Source: Amphiscolops sp. MND2022 (lineage: Eukaryota). Taken from it: a DNA stretch of 64,000 nt. Positions 51,701-63,190 of this stretch are shown here, piece by piece. The stretch lies in assembly GCA_964187785.1 (NCBI GenBank), contig OZ076409.1:51090001-51154000 (forward strand), given 5' to 3'. The notes beneath the pieces were generated by a model. The model ran no database searches. It saw only the letters and a list, made by a program, of their open reading frames with translations, and was not told the origin of the DNA. The position numbers and the translations under genes are program-made. Numbering within the stretch: the stretch's first letter is position 1; each line of letters begins with the position of its first letter.

Positions 51701-52566
51701 GGCTCAATTGACTTACGAACACTGGACTCACAGCCACCTTGTCAGACGCTCGCGGCATTCCATCGTCACCTACAAAGTACCACAGTCTCAAAGATCAACC
51801 AAAACGAAAGGAAAACTGAAAATACCACAAAACTAACTACTCCAAGCGCTCAATACGCATTCCTGAAGATTATCGAAAGACCAATCTCCGCCGCGCTTGG
51901 GTGGTGTCCTAAATTTCACAGAATGCTTCCTAAGGGGAAACACAGAGAGACCTAAAACAACAACGGGAACACCACGTCACATACCCACGAAAATGCAAAC
52001 CAACGTTAAATAACAATTCCAACCTTTCCCAGTCGACGTGGTGGGCGCGTCCACCCCATCTTCAATTGGTACTTCTTCTTCTTCACTTGTGGGGGGACTA
52101 ATCTCGCCTCCGCGAGAAATGACAGCAGGTTCAAGAATAGTGCAGCTAGTTGCAACTAGCTCAGGACTGACAGTTTTGAGGGCAGCAGAAACATCTTGCA
52201 GTGACGGAGCTACTTCAAGACTCTCTTCAATCTGCTAGGGCAGAATGGTAGACACAGCTGGCAACGAAGCATTGACGGTATGTCCAGTAACAGACTCCTC
52301 TTGAGGAGGGAATAAAAGAGCAGGTTGAGCTACTGAAAATCAAGATCTGGTTCAGACGCGTCAGAGTTACGGGTAAGACTAAATTGGCTGATCACCAAAA
52401 AGAACAAGTCTAACTGCCCATGGTAGTCAGAAAGATTTTACCAAACTGAAGAAGGACGGACAAACACCGTCTCCGTTTGAATATCGCAACCAGAATGATT
52501 GTACACTGTCTCATTTCCACTGATAAACCCAGCCCCAGAAGGAACAACAGCATCATCAGCGTCCAT
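48772..52566 (-). pseudogene. Antisense 8-exon gene inside the retrotransposon (~1080 aa; BED-like Zn finger; possibly hAT-transposase-derived)
   Basis: Exons 52566-52442, 52387-52024, 51951-51838, 51769-51650, 51564-50984, 50906-50286, 50211-50130, 50021-48772; GT-AG introns of 54-108 bp keep phase; FYCKVC..FWRHFRSDGH motif; premature stop at 49444, stop and frameshift in exon 2. Confidence 0.75.
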
Positions 52567-52714
52567 TGAGAAGTGCTGAGGAAATTTGCAAGGAAATCTA
52601 AAAAAGAGAGAATCAATTACAAAAACAACACAAAAGGAACTTGCAACCCGGAGAAAAACAATCAAACTACGCATCAATAAAAGGAAAAAAGAAAAAAGTA
52701 GAGTGTTACTAAAA

Positions 52715-52900
52715 GAAATATGACGTCATTATTCCGTGACTTGTAAAAGAAAACTCGATGACGTCATGACGTCATCGATGAAGGAAGAGATGAAATTTAT
52801 TTTCCTATTCGCCTAGCCAATCACAGCGCTGATGGAAACAGATCGTTTCCAATACTCTTAGGCGAACCGGAATGAAGACGAAAGTTGACCAATAGGAGAA
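52715..52900. promoter_or_regulatory. Putative bidirectional internal promoter (3x CRE/ATF, 2x CCAAT)
   Basis: TGACGTCA at 52721, 52759, 52767; CCAAT at ~52817 and ~52889; lies between divergent ORFs. Confidence 0.55.
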
Positions 52901-52999
52901 AGACAAAATACGAAGGAATTGAAACTGACCTTTTTCATTTGACACTCAATCAATCGTACGATCAAATCGATTTAGAACCGTCAAGTTTCAGCAAATAAA

Positions 53000-53701
53000 A
53001 TGAACAAACTTTCGCTTGTTATCGACATTTCTTCTGATGAAGAAAACAACCGTTACAGCACGCCCATAAAGACCCTCCCGCTAAATATGGTCGGCAGACT
53101 GGACCTAAGCGACTCTTCTACGGAAGTAATGAGGGGCAGCGAGGCGGATCCCAACTCTTCTACCTTCTCCATCTTTACATTTGAGTCTGACATTTCTCCG
53201 AAGAAACTTAAAATAGGCCCCATCAAGGAGTCTCAGCACGCCAGGGTTACGATTGAACTAGACGTTAATTCAGAAGACGACTACTATGAAGAAGCGGACA
53301 CGCCTAGTCCTCCTTCAGCTGTACAACCTGCTCCTATCTTAAAAGACGTGACTCAAACGTATGGCTACAACAAACAAACTGATGACCCTGTGGAGAAATT
53401 GAACGACCTCTCCGAACCAGAGATTGAACAAATACAAAAGGACTATGGAATAAGCCTCGACAACCCGACGATGAGATGCAATTTTGGCGGGAGAGGCATA
53501 CACTACACATCAAAGAGAATAACGCGTAACAGGAGACAGCCGATTCTTATCGCCAAAGAGTTGCCCCATTGCGGTGGAGTTGTCGCAACCAGATCAAGAG
53601 GCGCCCTGTCACAGCCCGCTCCCGGCTGGTGTACGTACTGCCAGCATGGCATTCATAGACAATCAAAAGGAATGGGACAAGGCTACTCCCAGGCGCAGTA
53701 A
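53000..53701 (+). CDS. Extra 233-aa acidic Ser/Pro-rich ORF overlapping the 3' LTR
   Basis: AAAATG start, uninterrupted; the last ~95 nt lie in the 3' LTR. Confidence 0.6.
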   Translation: MNKLSLVIDISSDEENNRYSTPIKTLPLNMVGRLDLSDSSTEVMRGSEADPNSSTFSIFTFESDISPKKLKIGPIKESQHARVTIELDVNSEDDYYEEADTPSPPSAVQPAPILKDVTQTYGYNKQTDDPVEKLNDLSEPEIEQIQKDYGISLDNPTMRCNFGGRGIHYTSKRITRNRRQPILIAKELPHCGGVVATRSRGALSQPAPGWCTYCQHGIHRQSKGMGQGYSQAQ

Positions 53702-55476
53702 TTTGTTAGTAAAATCTTACTTACGGTGCAGTCTAACAGCTAAGTGGTAAATTTAAGTAAGAAGGTCGACGTACGCGCAACGTAAACTAGCCAAAAATGA
53801 TTCTTAGATAAAATGAAACTTCCGGTTTAGAGTTTTCATACACAACGAGTTCATCATTGATTTCCGGTTTCTTCTATTAAAGATTCCATACCGATCTAAA
53901 TATCAAAGTGAAAACATTCCAAATTCTGGGATCATTTTCTTTCCTCTCCACACTGAAATGAAAACACCAAAAACATTATTTAATTCCGCAACCCCAACGA
54001 AATACATACGATCTAAAATGAAAAGGACATAAAATTATTACAAAGGATTCGTTTTCAGTATTTGAAATAGCTACAAAAGCCCACTCAATTTACTGCGAAG
54101 TAACTTGAGTGAGCTCTTTTAGCGTTATGGCAACGTCACTCAAGCCAACAAAATACTGGTGATTCTAATTTATGGACCAATAGGATCACAGTAATAACCA
54201 GCTTATTTGCGCTCAAGCTAGTGAGAATCGTTTTAGTGACGTCATTAAGAATGAATTTAAGAATGGTGGTTGCTCCGCTCTAACTCTACCAAACAGCTAG
54301 AAGTTCTTTTAAACTCACAACATAATGACGTTAGGTCAACGCTATTCTAGATAATCCCATGTATTGTTTTAGCTACTATAGTTGTATGATATGCTTAAAC
54401 CAGAGAAGAATTTGTGTTTTGATTTTTGGTTTTGTTGAATTATAGAATTGCCGAGTTTGGTGTATTGAGTGATGTTAATTCTACATTTGTTATTTGTCGA
54501 AATATGTACGATTTTGGATGCTTGTTAAAGTTGTAGATTGGAACCCGATCAATCGGAAGTCTTAGCATCATTTCGTTCCTCCATAATAGCCAATATCAGT
54601 ATAGTTGACAGCGTCTCAGTTGCGTCGTCATATTCGTTAGTCATTTATTTCACCGCGTTTTCCAGTAGGTTTTTGCTTAGGTTCTGACTAATTGTTCATG
54701 CCGGCGTACCTTTGTCGATAGAATATTCAAGCAGACTTTTATTTTGCCGCCTTTTGAAAGCAAAACAGGAAGTAGTTGTGAATGAACAAAAATGTTTTCA
54801 ACAATTGTGACGATCATGTGACGCTGTTAGGAATTTAAAATCCTGATTTATTGACATTGGGCTGAAACAATTTGAATCATATAGGATTTCTTATGAACAA
54901 ACCCGATTTTTGCGCTTCCAAGGAATTTTTAGGTGAGGAACAAATGACGCTAGGAAGGTATATATAGTTGATGCAATTCTAAATAATCAGTTTGATAACT
55001 TGTATTGTTCTGAAATTGATAACGACAAAGTTCCGTGAATCTTTCTTTACTAAATTCACTGTTCTTCAAAAATCCAATATTTTCCTCCTTCCCGAAAATG
55101 ACAACGAGAAGCCAGAAAAGAAAGGCCGTAAATGAGTTGGTGTCAGGAGAGTTTGAGACTTCTTTAACTGAGGATAACCCAGCTGAAAACTTAGTTCCCA
55201 GCTGTAGCAAAACCACTAGAACTGAGCCTGAAGATCTGAACGAGCTAAAAGAGTCCTTGAGAAAGGAGATTTTGTCTGATCTATCAAAAATACTAGCTGA
55301 AAACCAGAAGGAAATGTTCAAGTTAATAGCACCACTGAGTAAGAAACGAGCAGTTTCGCTGGAAAACCAGGATTCTGACTCCGAAGTTGAAGATACTCCC
55401 GTTGCTCGAACGTCAACTCCTGTTAAAACGGTAGCTGCGACTAATACCAAAACAACTCCGGTCAATAGTCGTAACA
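53607..55476 (+). repeat. 3' LTR (1870 bp; lacks ~305 bp of 5' LTR 40882-41186)
   Basis: TGTCACAG...CGTAACA followed by TSD GTCTC. Confidence 0.93.
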
Positions 55477-56499
55477 GTCTCCGGTCACATAGTGCCAAAA
55501 AATGTAAAAAGGGGCCCTTTGGCAGTTTTTGAACATCCATTTTTTTGCAAAATAGAAAGAAAATGAAGGAGACCTTTTGGAGACATTAAAAAAATTTGCG
55601 GAAAAAAGTCTCACAGAGCCGAAATAACCTGCACAAAAAACTTTGGTCAAGGGCGGGAATCGAACCCACGTCCTTTTGCGTGGCAGATCTCAAAAAAACC
55701 TAATTAACTATTACAAGTTGCTGCTGTTGTTGTAGTGCCAGTAGAAGTAGTTTGTGGCAGTTTAGTGTTAGTGCAAGTCAGCTTATAAAATCTGGCATTC
55801 GCTGGTCTTTAAAAAAAACAAAAGTCACTGCTATGGTCTGCCTTTTCTACGAAAGGCGCCGACTAATAAGTAGTCAAGCTTCATTCATCGTTTGCAAAAT
55901 TAAAGCACAGCTACATCACGCACGACAAAAAGCACAAAAACACTTATGAAAAAATTCCTTGTAGGAAGAAAACTTCAGCGTTTTTTTTCTGAAATTTGCA
56001 ATGGTTCACTTTTGTACTCAAATTGAAAGGAAAAATAACGTGCGATGAGTAATTGCAGTTTTTTGGACTTAAATCTCTCAGTGACAGATTGTCGTTATTA
56101 GTTTAGTGCCGTTTAAATTCTCTGGGTTCCATCGATAGGACTCTCCTGTCGTTCATAACAACCAGCCATTCCAAGCACTCTTGTGAACCAAAAATCTTCG
56201 GTAGTTTCCGAGAAAATAGTCGTAAGAAAGTCACTCGCACCGAAAGCCGAGACCAAGAAGAAAGCAGGAAGTGCTAAAATGATGTTTTGGAACTTCAGTT
56301 TTTTTCCTCAGATGACATGGGTTGTCATTAATCTGCTGCGATGTAAGGGGGGCACACACCCTGGTCTGCAAACAGAAGGAAACTAAAATAGGGGCACGAA
56401 TAATGTCTAAAAGAACCGCTATCCCAGTCGACCGGTCAAAAAATTAGCACTGATATACATGTTTGAAAAATAACTACATGTAACAAATTTCTTCAAACG

Positions 56500-56690
56500 C
56501 ATCTCTGTCGCTCACAGTTCTAGAACACACGCCGTATTGCCGACCTGAACAGCCATTGAGATTCGTTGCTCCAAAAAACTGCTAGCTCGTTGATCTTCGT
56601 GCGAACGACAGAGCATTTTACAGAGACGCCTAATGAAAATTTCACTCCTCTCCCCTAAAGAACCCTGAAACTCAACACTGCTTATAGCAA
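56500..56690 (-). mobile_element. 3' fragment of an RLE-type (CRE-like) non-LTR retrotransposon
   Basis: VEFQGSLGERSE...FLEQRISMAVQVGNTACVL matches the conserved C-terminus of restriction-like-endonuclease LINEs. Confidence 0.6.
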
Positions 56691-56930
56691 TTGTCCGGGG
56701 ACCGGCGTTTTTTATTCGCTTAAGCCGAAAATCGTTATAGGCGAAAATCGTTATATACCAGCATCGTGGCCGGGACCGTGAAACTCGTGACCGGAATATC
56801 GTTATAAACGGAGTTGAGTGTACTTCCACTGCCACCTGCCCAGGGCTGGGTGGGCGGAAATAGGTCGAAGGAACGGGATTGAAACTTATAAAAACCAACC
56901 TATACCCAACTTTTTATGACGACTCAGATG

Positions 56931-57130
56931 NNNNNNNNNNNNNNNNNNNNNNNNNNNNNNNNNNNNNNNNNNNNNNNNNNNNNNNNNNNNNNNNNNNNNN
57001 NNNNNNNNNNNNNNNNNNNNNNNNNNNNNNNNNNNNNNNNNNNNNNNNNNNNNNNNNNNNNNNNNNNNNNNNNNNNNNNNNNNNNNNNNNNNNNNNNNNN
57101 NNNNNNNNNNNNNNNNNNNNNNNNNNNNNN
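56931..57130. other. Assembly gap (200 N)
   Basis: Run of N. Confidence 1.
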
Positions 57131-59869
57131 TTTTTTCCGCAAATTTTTTTAATGTATCCAAAGGGTCTCCTTCATTTTTTTTCTATTTTGCAAAAGAATG
57201 GATGTTCAAAAATTCCCAAAGGGCCCCCTTTTACATTTTTCGGCACTATGTGACCGGAGACCAAAAAGAATTTCGAAAAAATATTTCGGAAATTTTTTGA
57301 ATTTTTTCCTAATTCGGGTACTGTAGAAGAGAATACTTGACACTTTGAAGTCCTTTTGCTATTTTTGAGCCTTAGATATGGCGCCGACTTGGGCCGTTTC
57401 CCGGCTTTTCTTGTTTTAATGGGAATTGAGTCTCCACCTACCTATGGAAATATGGGCAGAAGATAATACCAGAGACTAAGAAAGAAATGTCTTAAGATTG
57501 TCCTTTGATGGTTTTTTTTCGCTTTTTCTCTTTTTTTTATGGGGACCGTGCGAGGCAAAACTATGTTGGTCTGTAACGGTAATGATGGCCCAAAGTTCAA
57601 AGGGGCAATTTTATAACTGAAAGATGAGATAGTGCCGGATCGCTGTATGCTGCAGAGCCTCCTTGCAGTGTCAGTAGCGGTCCCCGTATATATAAATAGT
57701 GAAAACCTCATCAAGTGGAGGACCGATTTACAAAGCAAAACGCCAAAATTTATTGGCAAGGTCAAAAAACTGACGTTCAAGATATGCACCCATTTGGGAT
57801 TGTCATAATTCACGACAGCCTTCCCTCGTGCACTGTTGCCGCAATGAAAGACTCAACATGGTCTATTTGACGCTTAAGGGCGCAACATCCTCTCAGGCAT
57901 AGTACCGAGCGAAATATCCTCAAGTATTTTTGTGTTGACTACAATTAATTCAGTCTTTTAGTATTTTTGTGTTGACTACAATTAATTCAGTCTTTTAGTA
58001 GTAATGCGCATTATATAACGGCTAAGATCCAACGATTTGTAATACACAAATAAAAATTCTGGTCTAGTAAAACTGCCATATATTCAAGCGTGTTCGAACA
58101 GAAGAAAACCATTAGCGGGAGGGACGATCAAGTGTGAGTTGGACTTTTAACGGCGAGGACGAGTGTGCATACAACAGCTAAGTTGATACATTCACCCAAA
58201 AGATGTTATGTCAAATCATTATACCACAGTGTCTTTTTGATGAATTTTTTTCAAACCTCTCTTGGGCCTCCCCTGAAAGAAAAAACTAATAGCAATTTTA
58301 ACAACTGTCTGAAAAGAAATGCAATACATTTTGATGATTGAGAAGGAATACTTGATTATCAAATTGATTATCGAATAGGAAGTTATCATGATTTTATAAA
58401 GATCAAAATTTATTATGCACAACATATTACATTTTGTTTATACATTGAATTTCAATATACATTGTTTCATGATTTTTTCTTCGTTTCAATTTCGTCCGTT
58501 TATAAGGTCCATCCTCCAGCTACTTCGACTGCCTTTGCTGCTCGGACTTGTCGTTAAATACATTGTTGTCCCTTCTGAGCTATTTGGTGAGTAGTGTTCC
58601 TCCGTTACAGTCACTACGTTCAAGCTTTGCACTGTTGTAACATTTCTGTGAGGGGGTATTTCGCGACTTGTACCTTCTAAGCGATCTCTTTGCTTAAACA
58701 AGCGTGCTTTCAAATCTTTGGCATCCATATACTTTTCCAGAGGAAATTCTTTTTGATTCGTGGCATCATCGCTGTCTTTATTCTCAAAATGAGATCTAAT
58801 AGCTTCAATCTCCTTACTTTTTTCTGCTATTGAATTTTGCGTCAAACGCAGCTTTTCGTCCAAGTCGCTGAATTCTTCATTATCTCTAACATGGTTTTTG
58901 AGAATTTTCCGAGTTTCTTCTTCTCCCATGCCCACAGACGAACTTTCAGTGGAAGTACTGCCGTCTTCCCCCGAATCTGAAATTTCGTACAAGAAGTAGC
59001 GCTCGTATTTTGTGTTCTTCTTACACTCCTTCTGGTATGAGTTGACGAGGTCGGCTATCTGCTGCTCCAAAGTTATAAGCTCTCTTTTGATCTTCAATTC
59101 TAATTCAGTTGGACTGGTAGATTGGTAGCTATATATACGTACCCTGGAGCTAAAACACGGAATGATAGATATATGTCTGCGATGCCATTTTTGAATAATT
59201 TTTAGGAGTCGGATGAAATTTCGAATCTCCCGACCTTTCAATGAAAATTTAAAATTTCTGAAAACGTGTCCTTACGATTTTCATAAATTTTCAAAATTTT
59301 GCTGTCATTCTACACCCAAAGATGCTCCTGCATGCGCAATGGCATCAAAATCGTATAACTGAGAAACAGCCAGTGATGGATTTTTTTTCGATTTTCTCAT
59401 ACTCTTTGCGGTTTGAAAGAACTTTTATGGAGTCTTTCTACAACATATAAGTGCCTAATATGTACAATTTCATCAAAATCGTATGACTGGGATTCTCTGC
59501 GAATCAGAAGGAAGATGACCTAATCCGACTCCTTTACTGCACATGCGGCTCTGGTTTTGGTATTTTTCAATGCTAAATTCGCCAATTTCTTGCTAAGGGT
59601 CACTACTGTCAACTCCGGTTAAATCGTATTTGGATTTTAGTTTATTCGTATGTATTTGAAAGCCCCATTTTGAGACGACCAAAGTAAAATCTTCCCGTTA
59701 ATTCGTATTTCTCATTATTCGTACTTTTTATTCGGTTCATAGCGATACGAATTAGGCGGATTTAACCACCGTATTCATTTGAAAAATCGGTCTACTTTCA
59801 AAGTTACATAAGTAGGCGCCCACTACAATTCCCATTTTTAGAGTTATTTTTCAACAATATATCCGAAGA
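57131..59869. repeat. Inverted segmental duplication, right copy, with empty gypsy target site
   Basis: Contains a single GAGAC (GTCTC on minus) at ~57257-57261 joining the two flanks of the LTR element. Confidence 0.92.
58486..59241 (-). CDS. Paralog of 38386-38970 hypothetical protein (frame open further upstream)
   Basis: Near-identical translation; TTG here versus TAG in the left copy upstream of the shared part. Confidence 0.5.
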   Translation of the reverse strand: MKGREIRNFIRLLKIIQKWHRRHISIIPCFSSRVRIYSYQSTSPTELELKIKRELITLEQQIADLVNSYQKECKKNTKYERYFLYEISDSGEDGSTSTESSSVGMGEEETRKILKNHVRDNEEFSDLDEKLRLTQNSIAEKSKEIEAIRSHFENKDSDDATNQKEFPLEKYMDAKDLKARLFKQRDRLEGTSREIPPHRNVTTVQSLNVVTVTEEHYSPNSSEGTTMYLTTSPSSKGSRSSWRMDLINGRN

Positions 59870-60167
59870 AGCGCTCTTTGGGCTAGGAAAATGGTCGAAA
59901 AACTCAGATCTTCATTTTTTTCCAAAAGTCACTACATAAAAACTCGAAGGGGAAGGGGTAGCCTTTTAAGCTCGAAAAATGTCTTTTTTAAAACTGAAAC
60001 AGGGAAATCGAAGGAAGGGGGCTTCGGTGAAGTAATAGAGATAACTTTTTCGGAAAGTCGCCCAGTGCTGAAACACAAAGTTTCAGATTTTTTTGAAAGC
60101 GTAATGATTGATTGGTTAAGTATAGACCAAATTCCGAAAGTAAAGTGTCGGTCGGCGTCACTTATTT

Positions 60168-60530
60168 TTAGTCGGCGCTTTTATTAATAAAAGAGCCCGA
60201 CTATTACAGTCACTCGTTTTTTAAGACAGACTCGAAGCGACGAACGTTAAAATTAACGTTCAACTACTAATTACAGTACTACTAAAATACTGGCAGCGCA
60301 TAGTGCAAAGGGTCCCCCTTTCAGTTAGTCCATTTTTATCGTAACCTACAAAACCGGACGAGGCTAAAGGGTCCCCCCTTTTGATTTTTTTCGGCACTGC
60401 GACTTTTCGAAAAAATTTTTGATTCCCCGCTTTTGTTATTTTGCAACAGAATGCATGTTTATAAATCAAAAAGGGTCCCCCTTTTACATTTTTCGGCACT
60501 GTGCGACATTTTCCGAAAGCGAAAAATTTT
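60168..60530 (+). mobile_element. HINE-like element (3' truncated)
   Basis: TTAGTCGGCGC..AGCCCGACTATTAC start as at 7765; family motifs AAGGGTCCCCC and TTTCGGCACTG. Confidence 0.5.
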
Positions 60531-61448
60531 CCGAGTGCCTACTGAAAAATTCAGATATTTTGTTCGGCAGTGAGTATATGTGTGAGAATTAAATTTCTCA
60601 AGCTGCCGACTACAACTCGTTTCTCGTGCGATGAAACGAGCGAGTGATAATTATGCCTCCGTACGCCGAGTTATTGAGATAAAGCAAACGATTGTTAATA
60701 ATTCGTGCGCCGAGAGCTTCGCCTGCATTCAAATGCGAATGCGAAACTTCGTCTTCGCTTAGTAGTTGTATTTTCTTTAGTCCGAGAAGAATTTAAGGCG
60801 GTGTAAACTGTCAGTGGTTAATTGTGCGCTATATAAATGATTAAGATATGCTTCTATTTTTGAACATGAAAGCCTAAAAGCAGAAATAATACTGTGCAAG
60901 GGGCTATTTTTAAACGCAATTTTCACAGGCGTTCACTCAATGAATTATTGCCACGCTTGAGCATTCAGTGAATTATTGTCATCCTTGAGTATCGATAATG
61001 TCGGATCTCGAATAGTTTTCTGTGTTTATTCAATTTGCATCAATAGCAGATTTTTCGATGGCGATTCTATAAAATGCGATTCTCTTTCAAACAAAATGGC
61101 ACCAGAAAATGCGAGTGGCTACAAATCTGCAATGTGACTACTGTTCCTTAGTTTGATGATGAATATTTCAGTGGTTCTTTTTCAGATGGTATCATGAAGA
61201 TGGCGCCATCATTTTATGCTCAGAACTTTTTTGGATGGAGAAAGTGGACTGTTTAATGGATATTTCAAAGATTGATCAGTGTTTCAAGAACGATTTCATA
61301 TAACTTTCTCAGTTTATGTGACAAAGATCGGAAACGTTTATTACTTTGAGGAATCGTCCTTGAAAAATGTATGCTAATAAATGTCTCAACAGTTCGTGTT
61401 TTCTTTGATCATTTCTGTAGTTTTATATTGATTTCTTAGAAAACTTAC

Positions 61449-63190
61449 CTGAGCCGTTGCAATGAAAGCCTTTGATTGTTCAACCGCTGTTTCAATTCTT
61501 TTCGCTCTTTCTCAACTTCGATTCTCTCGTCATTTAATTGCATATTCTTTTGGAACAATTCTTCTTTCAGCTTTTCCCTTTCACTGAACAATTTTGTATT
61601 CACTGCAAACAAGTGCGTGTTTTCTTGAGCCAGTTGCTTTTCAATGATGTCTCGAGCTGGTGGTCTGTACAGAACAATCTCACGAGTTTCGCTGCTTGGG
61701 TCTATAATGCTTTTATCTTCTCTCTTGCCTTTTTTGGAAAATGAACCTGGTAAGTTGAAGTGAACTCTTTTCCCAGATCCAGAAGCTTTACCGGAAGTTA
61801 TTGTTGGTATTTCTACATCACTCGTTGATTGATGGCTCACAAGTTCCAATTGTTCTTCTAGTTGTTCTTCTAATTGCTCTTTTTCTGCATTAACAGAACT
61901 GATTTCTTCCAACAAAACCTCGTTCTCGACATTCAATTCATTGTTTTGCTTCAAAAGTTCCTTTGTTGCTTGTTGCAGTTGTATTACAGTGTCGCTATCC
62001 ACGCTGTCAGCTAGTTGGTCGGAAAGAGACTTGTTTTTCTCAATCAGGTTTTTCACCTGATCTTTCAATTCTTGACTTTTTTGCTCCAGACTTTCCGATA
62101 CTGCGTTTTGTCGTGCCAAAAAGTCACTTTCTAATTTTGCCTTTGAATCAGTCAGTGTTTCCAACTGATCAATCAGAAACATGTTCTCGTCTTTCAGACC
62201 TGCAAAAACATTGTATTGTAATGAGTACTCGATGTCCGATTAACCTGTTTTGTTTTGACGCAGCCAGACAAGGAAACATGGCTGGCAGAAATTGGAGGAA
62301 AATGTATTTTTGGTAAGCTTTGTTGTACTAGCTCGAGATATATTTGTGCTTTTTCATGTTTTTCATGAAATATTCATTCAAACAATGTTTTTGATTTCTC
62401 TATAATGCTACTTCAACATCCTCATTTACTGCTTGTAACATTTTGGCCCTCGTAACTAAGAAAAATTTGGCCTGAGCTTCCAATGTCATAATGCATAATA
62501 ATTGTAATCTACAGCCCCATTTTATTAGTACAGTGTATCCCGGATATAAGGAACCCACTGGTATGAAATACCCGCTAATAGTCAATGCGTATCTTGGCCC
62601 CGGGTGCTGATTTGATTCCTTTTCAAACCCGCATATAAAGTTCAGTCATAAGAAACAGAACTAGTTCTGTTGACGTTGACTATATCCGGGATCCACAGTA
62701 CAAACACTATTAGTTATTCAATCACAATACCTACTGTTTTCAGTACTTGTGCAAATAGGGACATTCAGCTTCTGAAACTATGGCTTTGATGGAATCTACA
62801 TTGATCAACTTTTTTGTGAATATCCGATATCATTTGAACGATTAAAAGAACAAGAAAGTTCGAAGCCAAATGCTTACTAGCTATTAGATCAACGTTTTCT
62901 TGATTTTCTTTCGTTGTTTGCAGCAGCTGCTCTTGAATCGATTCGTAATCTTCAGTCTTCGTCTGATGTTCTTTTAGCAGAGTCAATTCCAAGTTGAGTT
63001 TGTTCAGTTGCTGCTCTTGTGATAACTTATCTTCTAGTAGCTGTAAGTTTTCTGATCTCAGAGCGTCGAATATGCTCTTTTCATCCGCACTGCTGGTCAA
63101 TACATTGGGACTATTGGCCGGCACTACTTGCGTTTTCTCAGAAGAGTCTCGTTTCTTCATTGTCTGAAATTTTTTGTATTTTGTGAACAT
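61449..63190 (-). CDS. Spliced coiled-coil protein gene (exons 63190-62878, 62199-61449; probable further exon from ~61358)
   Basis: ATG exon with A|GTAAGC donor, TTTTTGCAG acceptor in matching phase 1, AG|GTAAGT donor at 61448; E/K/Q/L heptad-rich translation. Confidence 0.7.
62531..62698. mobile_element. Tc1/mariner-type MITE in intron
   Basis: TIRs CAGTGTATCCCGGATATA / TATATCCGGGATCCACAG flanked by TA. Confidence 0.7.

Larger units (their letters stand above)
40189..55476 (+). mobile_element. Ty3/gypsy LTR retrotransposon, full length (15.3 kb), decayed
   Basis: Two TG..CA LTRs, 5-bp TSD GTCTC (40184-40188, 55477-55481), PBS, gag, pol in PR-RT-RH-IN order. Confidence 0.96.
40033..55866 (-). 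mobile_element. HINE-like element split by the gypsy insertion (40033-40188 + 55482-55866)
   Basis: Minus-strand 5' TTAGTCGGCGCC at 55866; 3' GGCGCCGACTTGGGCCGTTCCCGGCTTTTCTTGTT (subterminal IR plus hairpin) at 40033-40066. Confidence 0.6.

Noticed and set aside
48772..53701. env gene in the post-pol region
   Set aside because: No signal peptide, furin site or TM anchor; main gene is antisense.
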